A stretch of 64,000 nt of DNA from Octopus sinensis (lineage: Eukaryota): positions 105,028,001 to 105,092,000 of the forward strand of contig NC_043006.1 in NCBI RefSeq assembly GCF_006345805.1. The letters run 5' to 3'. The stretch's first letter is position 1. Each line of letters starts with the position of its first letter. Position numbers and translations under genes: made by a program. Below, piece by piece: positions 1-11,689 of this stretch. The notes below the pieces were generated by a model. That model saw nothing but the letters and a program-made list of their open reading frames with translations. It searched no databases and was not told where the DNA came from.

Positions 1-128
1 AGGCAGTGTGTTACATATAACAGACCCCAATAATTACAGGTATAAACCTTAACTTGTAATCTGGATAGGGTAACTGCAGATTTCTCAATAGTTTAGCATA
101 GGTAGGAATTCTCTCTTTCACTGATACA

Positions 129-290
129 GTATGTATGTATGTATGTATGTATGTATGTATGTATGTATGTATGTATGTATGTGTGTATGTATGTATGTAT
201 GTATGTATGTATGTATGTATGTATGTATGTGTGTATGTATGTATGTGTGTATGTATGTATGTATGTATGTGTGTATGTATTTATACAGAT
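129..290. repeat. (ATGT)n microsatellite
   Basis: Direct tetranucleotide array with occasional GT variants. Confidence 0.97.
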
Positions 291-475
291 ACACATACTT
301 CCAATTTACAGAAAACAAAATACGAAGATAGGTGCAGAAATAACAAGCAGGTGTATTAGTTTGATACTCGGGGAGAATGGAAACGTCTTCGGCGGTTCTA
401 ACCTATGGTCTTCGATAGAAAGCACTGTGAGGGGAAAAAAGAGGGAGAGAAAGAGAGAAAAGTGGAGAAAACGAT

Positions 476-532
<57 letters not shown>

Positions 533-535
<3 letters not shown>

Positions 536-715
536 CGGCAGGGTGTGGTGGCGATCCCTGCTGTACTCTTTCGCCACAACTTTCTCTCACTCTTTCTTCT
601 GTTGGCCTGCTCGCTTAGCCAGCGGGGTGGCGTCATTTGAAGGCTAAAGACAATGCGAAGCGCATTGTGACAAGCGATGTGTAGCAACATCTGATAGCCT
701 GGTCGGTCATGGTGA
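533..715 (+). mobile_element. SINE body/3' fragment
   Basis: First ~55 bp match the reverse complement of the SINE at 41180-41232 and resemble 51375-51430. Confidence 0.65.
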
Positions 716-742
716 TATATATATATATGGTACAATGATGTG

Positions 743-790
743 GACGCCTCTGATGAGAACCCAATAAGGTTCGAAAATCGATTAAGTTTG
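743..790 (+). ncRNA. Minimal type I hammerhead ribozyme motif (copy 1)
   Basis: CUGAUGA 750-756; stem II GAACC/GGUUC; GAAA 773-776; palindromic stem III AAUCGAUU; UUA triplet; weak stem I. Confidence 0.75.
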
Positions 791-1033
791 TTCATTTTTT
801 TTAGTCTGTGGGGAAAAGGCTAAAACCTGCCGTGTCTATAATTATACCGTTTGCCGTTTGTTGCATATTTACTATATCTCGTTACTGTGTGGATGGACTG
901 GCCACTGGTATTTATGATGTTAAACACTTTCGGTATGCAAATTAAGGACTACTTCACAGAGTAACTGCTGCATTTGTTGAGTATATAAACAGTTTAGCTG
1001 CTTTCTCTTTGAGGGACTGTTACAATGATGTGG

Positions 1034-1080
1034 GAGCTTCTCATGAGTACTCAATGAGGTTCGAAAATCGATTAAGGTTC
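1034..1080 (+). ncRNA. Degenerate type I hammerhead motif (copy 2)
   Basis: Core mutated to CUCAUGA; same palindromic stem III and UUA site; stem I GAGCUU/AGGUUC with G:U pairs. Confidence 0.6.
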
Positions 1081-1594
1081 TTCATCATCATTTTCTTTTC
1101 ACTCTGCGGAGAAATGGCTAAAATTTACCCTGTTTATAATTATACCATATGTTATACATATAGATAGATATTCACACATACGCATACAATTTATAGTTCC
1201 TGGACATTTCACCGTTAAACCCATTTTCTCGATGAGATAAAGGTCTTAATGATGAATCTTCGCATTAAACAATTATTATTCTCCTTAGATAATTTTCGAC
1301 GCTAAGTACACAATCGTCGGCTTTCATTCATTGAATGTTTTGCTCGTTTAGTTATCAAGTAAGAAAACTTAAGAACCTAGAAATTTTACAAAAACCATAG
1401 TCACACAAACGCATGCAAACACACAACTCACACGCATATCCCTTTCTAAAACGCCAAAGAAATTCAGATGGTTATACTAATGATGTGCGTAGTGTTACAA
1501 CACACTTTGCTTTCCCAAACCTTGCTCAGCCATTCCTGTCCTACGGAATCTATCGAAATCTGTGTATGTTTAGACATGTGTTATTAATATCGGT

Positions 1595-1765
1595 TTGAAA
1601 TTCTTGAATTTTGAGACAAGCTGGTGCTTATTGTATCGACCCCGAAAGGATGAAAAGGAAAGTCAGCCTCGGTGGAATTGAACTCAGAACAAGGTAAAGA
1701 CGAACGAAATACAAATAAAAATTTTTCCCGGCGTTGCTAACAATTCTCACAGTTCGTCGCCTTAC
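1595..1765 (-). mobile_element. tRNA-derived SINE, family B (GGCGGCGAGCTGGCAGAA head), degenerate
   Basis: Reverse complement matches the family B copies at 6352 and 39308. Confidence 0.7.
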
Positions 1766-3974
1766 ATGTGATATTAATGTTACAATGTTTTATGTGCAGA
1801 ATATTTAGTTCTACATATGTTACTTCATTTTGTTATGGAACGTAGACGTTAGATCTTCTGGGGGAAAACATCAATATGCCTGATAGATATTTGATGGATA
1901 TATCTGATCTAGACGTTTCTGCAAATTGATAATGGAACGCCCGGCAATAATTTCAATTAATTTTAATATCACATACTTATTTCTTCTTTTATTGACCAAA
2001 TAACTAAGGTATGAAGATTTTACTGAAATGAAAAACGTCAAGTTACATTTTTATCTTCTCACACTGAATGGGCTGCTTATAAATTTTAATAACATATTGT
2101 GTCGTAATTTTTCTTTTGCGTTACAAAAACATTTTTTTTCTTTTATTTAGCCGATAAATCATCGGAGATTCTCTATTATTGTGTTTAATTATGTGACTAA
2201 AACCGTTAATAACAGCAAATATTGTTATAAAAAAATACAATAAAAACGAAAATGAAATAAGCGATCAAGGAACGACAAGGGTAAAGAAATTCAATAATGC
2301 ATTGATTACTTTAATTAATAGCACAGTCTCATTTTGTTAATAGCTTTTTAAACGAAATAATGATTTAGCCGAAATGATTTGGGGTATGGCTACTTTCGAT
2401 TTAATTTTAATTTGATTGCGTATGTGTATTTTATGATGGAATATTAAATAACGAAGAGCTAAAGGAGGTACTATCAATAATTGTTTAATACGATGTGTTA
2501 TGTGAACACTTATGTGCTGTAATGGATATCAACTCTTAAAATAATATAATTTTGTAGATATACCCCAAGTATTGAATCATACAATTATGACAAAGCGTAA
2601 GTGGTGTGAATTTCGTGCTTTTCTGAGATTTTGGGTGAAGAACCATTTATGTACTGGTATGATCTTGTGAAGATTTCTCGTTTTCCTGCGTATTTCTATT
2701 CCTCTTTCATTTGTGATATTGATTAACCATTATTCTAAATTATTCTTTAGGTATCAAAGAATTAATGAGAAGGCCGTATAAGCTACGTGGTTCGCTTCGT
2801 CTTTAAAGTAGGTGCGAAACGTTGTCAAACTGAAAATGTACTGTATTTGCATTTTTAAAGTTAAATCTGATTCAGTGGTATTCTGCGAATCGTCTGGATG
2901 TGTCACCCAATGCAGATCCACTTCCGTTATGAATGCATTGTATGTGTGTGCGTGCGTGTGTGGTGCGTGTGTGTGTGTATGTGTGTGCGTGTGTGCGAGC
3001 GCACGCGTGTGTTAGTGTGCGAACTTATGTATCTATGTTCTGGTTTAAATCGTTTTCCCCTTTCGATGTCAATTTTCACTGGATATTTGTTTCCATAATT
3101 AATTTTAGGGGAGATATCTCGAGTTTGCGTAATCTCGAGATACATTACAAAAATGGCAATTGTTCTTTATATATATGCAAAAAAGTTACTTTTTCGTTTG
3201 CTGGAGATGAAACATTGAATACTGTATAGGTCAAGTGTCTTAAATTCCTTTCCTTGTAGTCTTCCATATAGATATTTCGAAAAACCTAACATGTCAGTAC
3301 TTCTGTAAAAGGGTTCCTTTAAATAATTTTCATCATTATGCTCATATCGCAGTAATCCTCTATCATTCGCAGTTTTAAAATAGCATGCGATGTAGGAGGA
3401 TAAAATAAACCGAGATCCAGTTTTTTTATGCCTCTTACACCTCCGTAAGTCATATTTTCTCTTGCAAGTGGTTGATGTACAACTTCTGTTTTTGTTTTGC
3501 TTTCGGGGTCAGTTTATTATTGCCTTTCATTTTTCCCAAAATCAAATCAATACTTGAATAAATTTCATGTTTTTTCTTCCATTGTTTAGAATGCTATATC
3601 GTACCTTTTTAGAAATAGAATACAGAAATATTCATGCTTCGATATATCTATTAATATATTTTTATTTGGTGATATTTAAATTTCAATTTGTATTGTTTTA
3701 TTTTATGAATTGCCTATTGTAAAGGTTCTGTGTTGTGTATAAGTGTTCTATTTGAAATCTGCTATAGTATCAATAATTTCTATCGAAGTGATTGTACTGC
3801 TCCAAGCAGAGCTATATTATGGATGTGGGTGGTGGAGAGCGTGTATTTGTAGGAATCCTGATAAAACTTCTATAGTTTTGTTCATATTTATATCATATGT
3901 GCTAATCCTTATTATCATTGTTTTCACTTTCATGCCCGACATCATCAAAATTTCAATTTCAAGAAGTGAGAACA

Positions 3975-4017
3975 ACTCACTGAAGAGGTTGCTAATGGCA
4001 ATGAAAGGACTTTGAGT
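3975..4017 (+). ncRNA. Type I hammerhead motif
   Basis: Stem I ACUCA/UGAGU; CUGAAGA plus extra G; stem II GUUGC/GCAAU; GAAA; 2-bp stem III; CUU triplet. Confidence 0.55.
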
Positions 4018-4189
4018 AACGTAGCAGTGATTGATTAAACGAATGTTAAATCGAATAATCAATTGGCTAACTGGTTAAATACCTGTCTATTGACGAATAG
4101 TAAAGAGGTGGAATGGAAGAGATGTGTTAGTTTATTCTATTATTGGCATAATTATGTTCTTGTGTTGCTACGATACATACACACCTGCA

Positions 4190-4458
4190 TATGTATGTGT
4201 GTGCATGTATGTATATATATGTATGTGTGTATATATATATATACATACATACATATATGTATATATATTCATCTACGTATGTATATACGTATGTTTATAT
4301 ATATATATCTATACTTACTTATATGTATATATATACATGTATATATGTATTTATGTATATATATATGTATATATGTATATATATATACTTACATATATGT
4401 ATATATATACATGTATATATGTATTTATGTATATATATATATATTTATATATATATAT
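4190..4458. repeat. Compound (AT)/(ATGT) microsatellite
   Basis: Direct reading. Confidence 0.9.
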
Positions 4459-4526
4459 AATCAAAGGAATAAGTAATAACAGACGATGGATAATTATCCA
4501 TCGTCTGTTATTATTCCTTTGATTAT
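4456..4526. repeat. Near-perfect spacerless palindrome, ~70 bp
   Basis: tataatcaaaggaa(taag)taataacagacgatggataa | ttatccatcgtctgttattattcctttgattata; centre 4493/4494. Confidence 0.9.
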
Positions 4527-4822
4527 AATACATAATACACCAAGGGGATTTACGTCTTGTCGGACACCAACCACGAACAATTCAACGTAATGTGTGCTTT
4601 GGACCAGCCCCTTGGCGCTAAATACTCATAGGGCTGGTTTTCTCTGTGTACACAATCGGAATATCCTATTTGATACCTCCAAATCGTAGTCCGGAAGCAC
4701 AGGTTTATCTAAACCTACATGGTGCATAATTTTTGAAGTACCTAATTCAATCTGGATCCTTATTTTACTATATGATAATAATAACAATGATAATAATAAT
4801 ATTAATAATAATGATGATAAAA

Positions 4823-4858
<36 letters not shown>

Positions 4859-4869
4859 GTATATATACA

Positions 4870-5163
4870 ACTTATAAACAAGGGCTAAAGAAAATTATTT
4901 TTATGCCAATATGCTAATAACAGACTATTAAATCGTCAATTTCCACATATTATTTACTCGCTACAGAAAACACGTAGAGCTGAAATCGAGGAAAGCTAGC
5001 CAAATTTTTTTTTCTTTAAAGTCGTTTTTCTATATGAATCATTTCGGAATTAATCTCATAATAGATTTTTTCCTCTTCAGTAGAAAATACGAAAAGACAT
5101 AAATGAAATACTTACAAGCGCCCATGGAAAGCTTCATCCTATATTAGTAGTATATATATATAT

Positions 5164-5205
<42 letters not shown>

Positions 5206-5600
5206 TTTACTCATATATGAGTATATATATATATACTCATATATATATATATGAGTACAGGACGTTACAGCTGAGTAAACAACATGAAATACGTAGATAG
5301 ACGAGTTAAATACATAAACAACTAGAGATAAAATGGAAGACAGGACAGTGGAGACGCTGAGAAACGACCTTTCCCCAGTTGTCAGCTGTCTATCAAATTC
5401 GAATTTTGCGAATTCAACGACAATATGAGTCTTCGAAAACTGTTGCTTCCATCAATTCTAAAATAAAATTTAGGAGTTATGGGGGTCAAAGTTGAGAAGA
5501 AAAACAGGAGAGTGGAGAAACACAAGGAAACCGAACGAAAAACAAACATTGAGGGTTGTTAGACTAATGTCTCCACAGTCCTGGAATATGAAAATGTCAA
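4870..5600 (-). mobile_element. Penelope-like element LTR/3' fragment interrupted by (AT)/(AG) tracts
   Basis: Carries an intact hammerhead and is embedded in (AT)n; family assignment inferred from the ribozyme context. Confidence 0.45.
5026..5087 (-). ncRNA. Intact type I hammerhead ribozyme
   Basis: Minus strand: UUUUCUA-CUGAAGA-GGAA..AAUCU/AGAUU..UUCC-GAAA-UGAUUCA-UA-UAGAAAA; all core nucleotides canonical. Confidence 0.85.
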
Positions 5601-5691
5601 TTGATAAAAAGAAATATAAATTTACAAATTAAAATTAAATTAAAACGTTGTTTTATGGGTTTTCTATTTACTTCTGTCATGTCTACACACA

Positions 5692-5738
<47 letters not shown>

Positions 5739-6211
5739 CGGATGTATATATATATAAATTCAAAATATTTTATATTTTCTTTATACATAAGCGCCTATTC
5801 AAAATTTGCTCCATGTGTGTTTGTTTGTATGTGTGTGTATGTGTGTGTGTGCGTATTATTGATCTATTTGTATCAATCTTACTGATCGGTTCCATATATA
5901 AGAGTTGTTTTTGCCAAAACTGATTTCGGTACTCCTCGGAAAGACAGATTCGAAAAGTATGTCGACGGGTCTTTGCCACTGCAAGTCAGAAATTGTCACA
6001 TCTTGTTTCTTGGTATTGTAATATAGCTAAGCAAAACAAAAAAAAAATCAAGAGAGAAAGAGAGAGAGAGAAAGAGAGAAAGAGAAAGGGAGAGAGAGAT
6101 AGAGAGAAGAGAAACAGAAACGTGTGAGAAACCCGTAAAATATTGTTCGCTAGAGTATCATCCCTTGAAAAGGGGTCAGTCAATGATATCACGCAGTATA
6201 AGATAAAGGGC

Positions 6212-6289
6212 AGAAACACTTCTTACCCAATAAAAGTCTCTACGACCTAACGTTATTGCAATATTCAAATGCATTCTTATATACGAAAA
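6212..6289 (+). repeat. 78-bp dispersed direct repeat (partner at 8822-8899)
   Basis: agaaacacttcttaccca...tacgaaaa present at both sites with a few substitutions. Confidence 0.8.
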
Positions 6290-6351
6290 GGAGCGGAAGG
6301 AGTGGGGCTGATTAAGTACTGAGGAGAAAGATGTTTGTATAAGCAGGTTGA

Positions 6352-6570
6352 AGGGCGGCGAGTTGGCAGAATCGTTAGCACTCCGGACAAAATGCTTAGT
6401 GGCATTTCACCCGTCTCCATGTTCTGAGTTCAAATTCCGCCGAGGTCGACTTTGCCTTTCGTCCTCTGGAGGTCGATAAACTAAGCACCAGTGGAGCACT
6501 GGGATAGATGTAATTAACTTACCCCTTCCCACGGAATTGCTGACATGGTGCCAAAATTTGAAACACTTAT
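6352..6570 (+). mobile_element. tRNA-derived SINE, family B
   Basis: A-box-like head, B-box-like gagttcaaattcc, shared body gaggtcgactttgcctttc. Confidence 0.85.
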
Positions 6571-6671
6571 AACAAACTGGTAGCGGGGAAGCTTTATACT
6601 ACAAACTCCTATTAAGAAGAAAGGAAGTACTGAGAGAGAAAGCTCTAACATGGTGCAGTTCACCAGTATTA

Positions 6672-7065
6672 GGCATAGGAGTGGCTGTGTGGTAAGCAGC
6701 TTGCTTATGAACCACATGGTTCCGGGTTCAGTCCCACTACGTGGCACCTTGGGCAAGTGTCTTTTACTATAGCCTCGGGCCGACCAAAGACTTGAGAGTG
6801 GATTTGGTAGCAGAAACTGAAAAGAAGCCCGTCGTATATATGTATATGTATATATGTATGTGTGTATATGTTTGGGTGTCTGTGTTTGTCCCCCCAACAT
6901 CGCTTGACAACCGATGCTGGTGTGTTTACGTCCCTGTAACTTAGCGTTCGGCAAAAGAGACCGATAGAATAAGTACTAGGCTTGCAAAGAATAAGTCCTG
7001 GGGTCGATTTGCTCAACTAAAGGTGGTGCTCCAGTATGGCCACACTCAAATGACTGAAACAAAAG
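6672..7065 (+). mobile_element. tRNA-derived SINE, family A (GGCGTAGGAGTGGCTGTGTGG head, CORE-like ccttgggcaag, internal microsatellite)
   Basis: Six near-identical copies in the window; B-box-like ggttcagtccc. Confidence 0.9.
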
Positions 7066-7489
7066 AGAGAGAGAGAGGCACTTATGAAGGCAATATCGAA
7101 TGCTTTTACAGTTTAGATAGGTTCTCTGGTGAAGACAGCTTTTTTATCCTAATACTTTCCACCGACAAGCAGTGCCTTCACTTGTTAACGTTAACGAGAA
7201 GATGTTTGCATCTCCCCAGTTCTCCCCACGTGATACTCTTTGCTTGGGTTGTAACATTTTGTGTCTCTACAATATGAAACGATGAGCTTCAGTTGGTAAA
7301 TCTGGTACTAAATACACCACATGTCGCGTCAGCATACTTCCGCAGATTCGTCTGACCGCCGGGATCCACTGACATCACTTCCGCCACATATACAACAGTC
7401 TCTCTGTTGCATTATTCGATTAGTGAACGTACCGTATTGTCCCTGCATGAGCTTCCTACCTCTGCTCATATACCTTCTGAGATTTTATA

Positions 7490-7630
7490 TATAAATTCCG
7501 CCGAGGTCGACTTTGCCTTTCATCCTTTTATGAGCGATAAAATAAGTACCAGTTACGCACTGGATCGATATATCGACTTTCATTCCGCGCCGCACCAACT
7601 TTCAGATCTTGGGCCTATAGTAGAAAAGAT
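7490..7630 (+). mobile_element. SINE family B, 5'-truncated
   Basis: aaattccgccgaggtcgactttgcctttcatcc... Confidence 0.8.
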
Positions 7631-7724
7631 TATAAATATATAGCTACAATGGCGAAACCTACACAAGGAAAGAAATGGAATAAACTGCCTGTTGTGTTTA
7701 TCATATATATATATAAATATACAC

Positions 7725-7775
<51 letters not shown>

Positions 7776-7951
7776 ATAATAAATATTAGGGAATAAATCC
7801 AAATTTACAGGAAAAAAAATCAGATTTAGGATTAAATCGATTTTATAGTAAAATATTATAAATATTATTCGAGACAAAACCACTATTTTGCAAAACAAAC
7901 AAGGAAAGACTTAATCAATACATAAAATTTAATAAATAGTCAAAAAAACCG

Positions 7952-7994
7952 CCACTACAATCGTTTCTTGTCTTGTTCGACAATCTTCAGGTGG
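7952..7994 (-). ncRNA. Type I hammerhead motif (left arm, mirror copy)
   Basis: Exact reverse complement of 8042-8084. Confidence 0.75.
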
Positions 7995-8041
7995 ACTTCC
8001 AATAATTCAGTGTCAAAATTTGACACTGAATTATTGGAAGT

Positions 8042-8084
8042 CCACCTGAAGATTGTCGAACAAGACAAGAAACGATTGTAGTGG
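8042..8084 (+). ncRNA. Type I hammerhead motif (right arm)
   Basis: CCAC-CUGAAGA-UUGUC(gaacaa)GACAA-GAAA-C(gauu)G-UA-GUGG; GUA triplet. Confidence 0.75.
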
Positions 8085-8170
8085 CGGTTTTTTTGACTAT
8101 TTATTAAAATTTTATGTATTGATTAAGTCTTTCCTTGTTTGTTTTGCAAATAGTGGTTTTGTCTCGAATA

Positions 8171-8216
<46 letters not shown>

Positions 8217-8821
8217 ATATATATATATTTATATATTTATTTTTATTTTATATATATATATTTGTATATGTATTTATATATGTGTATATAGATATATGTA
8301 TGTGTGTATATTTATAAGTTTGTGTATATGCGTGCGTGTATGTATGCATGTACTTAACAAATTGACTTATTTCATATTTCCCCATTGGAAATATATTTCT
8401 TCCCTGTAATTTCTTACTATTGATTCGCACTTATGGTGTCATTTAACCATAGGAATGCATTTGCATATCTTGTTTGGTAACAATTTTAAATAGCATTTTT
8501 CACAAATTCACCGCTCGAAACATTTTTAAAGCTGAAAAACAATTTGCCGTACCGTACTAAAATAGCATTAAGTATTTTATAACAGTTTGTGATTGCTTTT
8601 CCTACAACGAGTAAGCACATTGTAATAACTCACACACATGTGTATATATGCATGAGTGTGTGTATGTATGTACGTATGTATGTGTGTATGTATGTACGTA
8701 TGTATGTGTGTATGTATGTATGTATGTATAAACGGGAAGAAGAGGAAGTCTGAGGAAGCGGTAGGAAACATGGGGTGAGAGCAGAATGGAAATAAGGTAC
8801 CTCAGGCAATTGACAGGAGAG

Positions 8822-8899
8822 AGAAACACTTCTTACCCAGTAAAAGACTCTACGACGTAACGTTATTGCAATATTAAACTGCATTTCTATGTACGAAAA
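8822..8899 (+). repeat. 78-bp dispersed direct repeat (partner at 6212-6289)
   Basis: See partner. Confidence 0.8.
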
Positions 8900-9808
8900 T
8901 TTGGCAATTATGTAATTTGGTAATAATTGTATAGGCTAAATTATTTTGCGCAATCTTTCTAACATATGTTTAAGGATGTACGAAAAGACAAACATATTTA
9001 TGTGTGTATGTGTATGTGTGTGTGTATTTCTGTGTGTTTGTGTATGTGGACGTGTTTGTGCGTGTATGGAGAAAGGTAGCGGGTATGTGATTTATAAAAT
9101 ATAATCAGACATGCTTTTCATGAGTTGCGTAAGTTTTTCTTTGCCAAATCTATTCCGAAGTAACAGTTACTCCTGTTATTAATAGTTATAATGATAAATA
9201 TACATAGAAATATGTATATTTTATCTCATGCTTGTTTCAGTCATTAAGCTGCGAACATGCTGGGGTATCGAATTAATCTCAATACATTTTCTTTAAGCCT
9301 GGGACTGGTCCGTTTCTTTTCATCGAACGATTAAATTGCGGGGAAATAAACAAACCAGCACCGGTTGTGAAACAGTGGTGGGGGACATACACAAATACAA
9401 AAACACACTTACACACGCACACTCGCATACGGAACGACACACACACACACACACGCACCACACACACACACACACACACATACTCACAGACGCACAAACA
9501 TACACACACTATTTAATAACGGTTTCACTCAGCTCCATAGGAATTAAAGTTTCGAGGACGTGTATTAATCGTGCATCTTATCAGATATATCTCCAGATAT
9601 ATGATAAGATGGAGAGATCTAATCCTCAACATTTTAATTCATATGGAGATAAGTCAAAGTGTTTTTAAATATATATGTAAAATCTACCTAATGTGATGTG
9701 TGTCACTTTCTATCCATTCTCCAACGACTGGTGTTTACGTCACTTGTAATTCTCCTTTTTGGTGAAACATTGCAAAATCCTGTTTTTTTTATCAATTTTG
9801 TGTATATA

Positions 9809-10155
9809 GGCGCAGGTGTGGCTGTGTGGTAAGAAGCTTCTTTCCCAACCACATGGTTCCGGGTTCAGTCCCACTGCGTGGCATCTTGGGCAAGTGTCTT
9901 CTATTATAGCCTCGGGCCGACCAAACCCCTCTGAATGGATTTGGTAGACGGTTACTGAGAGAATCCCGTCGTATATATAAATGTATATATTCTATATATG
10001 TGTGTGAGTGTGTGTATGTGTGCGTGCATGTATATGTATGTAACTGTGTCTGTCTTTGTGCCCCCCCCCCGCCCACCGTCGATTGAAATAGAGACCGAAA
10101 GAATAAGTACTAGGCTTTCAAAGAATAAGTCCTGGGGTCGATTTGTTTGACTAAA
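9809..10155 (+). mobile_element. SINE family A, 3'-truncated
   Basis: Match to the other copies. Confidence 0.88.
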
Positions 10156-10179
10156 GAATTTCGCGCATACGCATTGTTT

Positions 10180-11367
10180 GTTTTGGATTTTGTCGACTAC
10201 ACAGTAGAGTAGAATCAGTGGGGAACCGTCTGTGAGAAAAACACCACCATGACGCAATTCAGTCTGCCTGAAATTTGGAAACATGTTGTTGTACTGCTTG
10301 GCATTCCCGCTGGAATCAATAGGAACATTTCAGAGTGTTTGGGTGTTAATCTGAGGACAGTGAAGAAGATTCGGAAATAGTTGTATGAGTTTAATGGTGA
10401 TTACGAAGGTACGGCACAGCTCTGATCGTTCTGATAAGAAGAGAACTCCGGAATTTGTTGATGATATCCAGGCCGTGATTGACAAAGATCTCTCCAAGAC
10501 AATCGGATCAATCAAGACATAAGCGTGTCTGAGTTTCTTATGAGGCAGGTATTGCACCAATACATTAGGTATTCCTCCCTCACGATGAGAAAGGGCCAGT
10601 TTTTATCCCAAGCTATCAAGAGCAAGAGGAAATACCTCGTACGATGCGTTTGAACACACTCAAGCGTACCCTCCAACCGAACATGTTTTGATTTTTCTCA
10701 GGAAAGAAAAAAATTGGCCAGGATCAGATGGGGAACACACAGAGTAACCGTTGGCGTACCGTGTCGCCAAAACATGTACCGAGAGTGATAAAAATCAAAC
10801 ATCCAATCAACATCATGGTTTTTGGAATGGTTACTAGTGATGGCGTAACTATTAGTGATGCATCGTCCTACACGGCCTCAGACGCAACACGGAGGGCTAT
10901 ACCAAGTGCCTGGAGGAGTTAGTGTTGCTTAGGGTCAAGACGGTGGCTGCTGGAAAACTCTACGTCTGGCAACAAGACTCTGCACCATGCCATACAAGGA
11001 GAACCCAGTCATGGCAGTCGGAATCCAGTCATGGCAACCACAACACTTCCAACATCTGGCGACCTAACTCACCTGGCTGCAACTCCTTGATTATTATGTG
11101 TGGATAGCAGTTGAGCGAGAGACCAACAAAATCCCTTGTAACCCCAAAGATGAACTGAAGGCAAGGATTATGGCAGCACTCACCAACAAGAAGACCGTCC
11201 AGAAGAGTTGCAGAAGATCGTGTGGTTGAAGCCAATTTTAGTATTTCAGGACATTTTAATGTAATTTTGATAAATATATCTAAAATGGTAAGTATATCTT
11301 AGAATAAGATGTGAGTGCTATTTTCATTGTTGCGTAATTTAAACGACAACTTATCCACCGCACCCTG
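10180..11367 (+). mobile_element. maT/DD37D-like Tc1-mariner transposon, decayed; left TIR not seen
   Basis: Frames give KHPINIMVFGMVTSDG, WQQDSAPCHT, IWRPNSPGCN; ends ...ccaccgcaccctg followed by TA. Confidence 0.8.
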
Positions 11368-11423
11368 TACGTATATTTGTGTGGGAGTGTTTGTGTGTGT
11401 ACTGTATACACACAGCAATTTTG

Positions 11424-11480
11424 TTGATAGTGGCTTCGAAGTTTCGGCTAGCTAAGCCCTAACTTCGAAGTCACTGTCAA
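11424..11480 (+). repeat. 57-bp hairpin with 20-bp arms
   Basis: ttgatagtggcttcgaagtt / aacttcgaagtcactgtcaa; both mismatches are G:U on the plus strand. Confidence 0.8.
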
Positions 11481-11501
11481 GAGCATTCTTGTATCTATAT
11501 T

Positions 11502-11532
<31 letters not shown>

Positions 11533-11565
11533 ATATATATATATATTATATATATATATATATAT

Positions 11566-11617
<52 letters not shown>

Positions 11618-11689
11618 AATATATATATATATACATGAATGTATATATGTTTGTTTATATAAATACACACACATATATATATATATATA

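Larger units (their letters stand above)
731..1148 (+). repeat. Diverged tandem repeat, 290 bp period (about 1.4 copies), each copy carrying a hammerhead motif
   Basis: 731-850 aligns with 1021-1148; both start tacaatgatgtgg and share ggttcgaaaatcgatta and tataattatacc. Confidence 0.85.
7857..8180. repeat. ~160-bp-arm palindrome with 1-nt spacer (centre 8018); Penelope-LTR-like
   Basis: Arms identical apart from about three homopolymer-length indels; (AT)n on the right and ~90 bp to the left. Confidence 0.95.
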
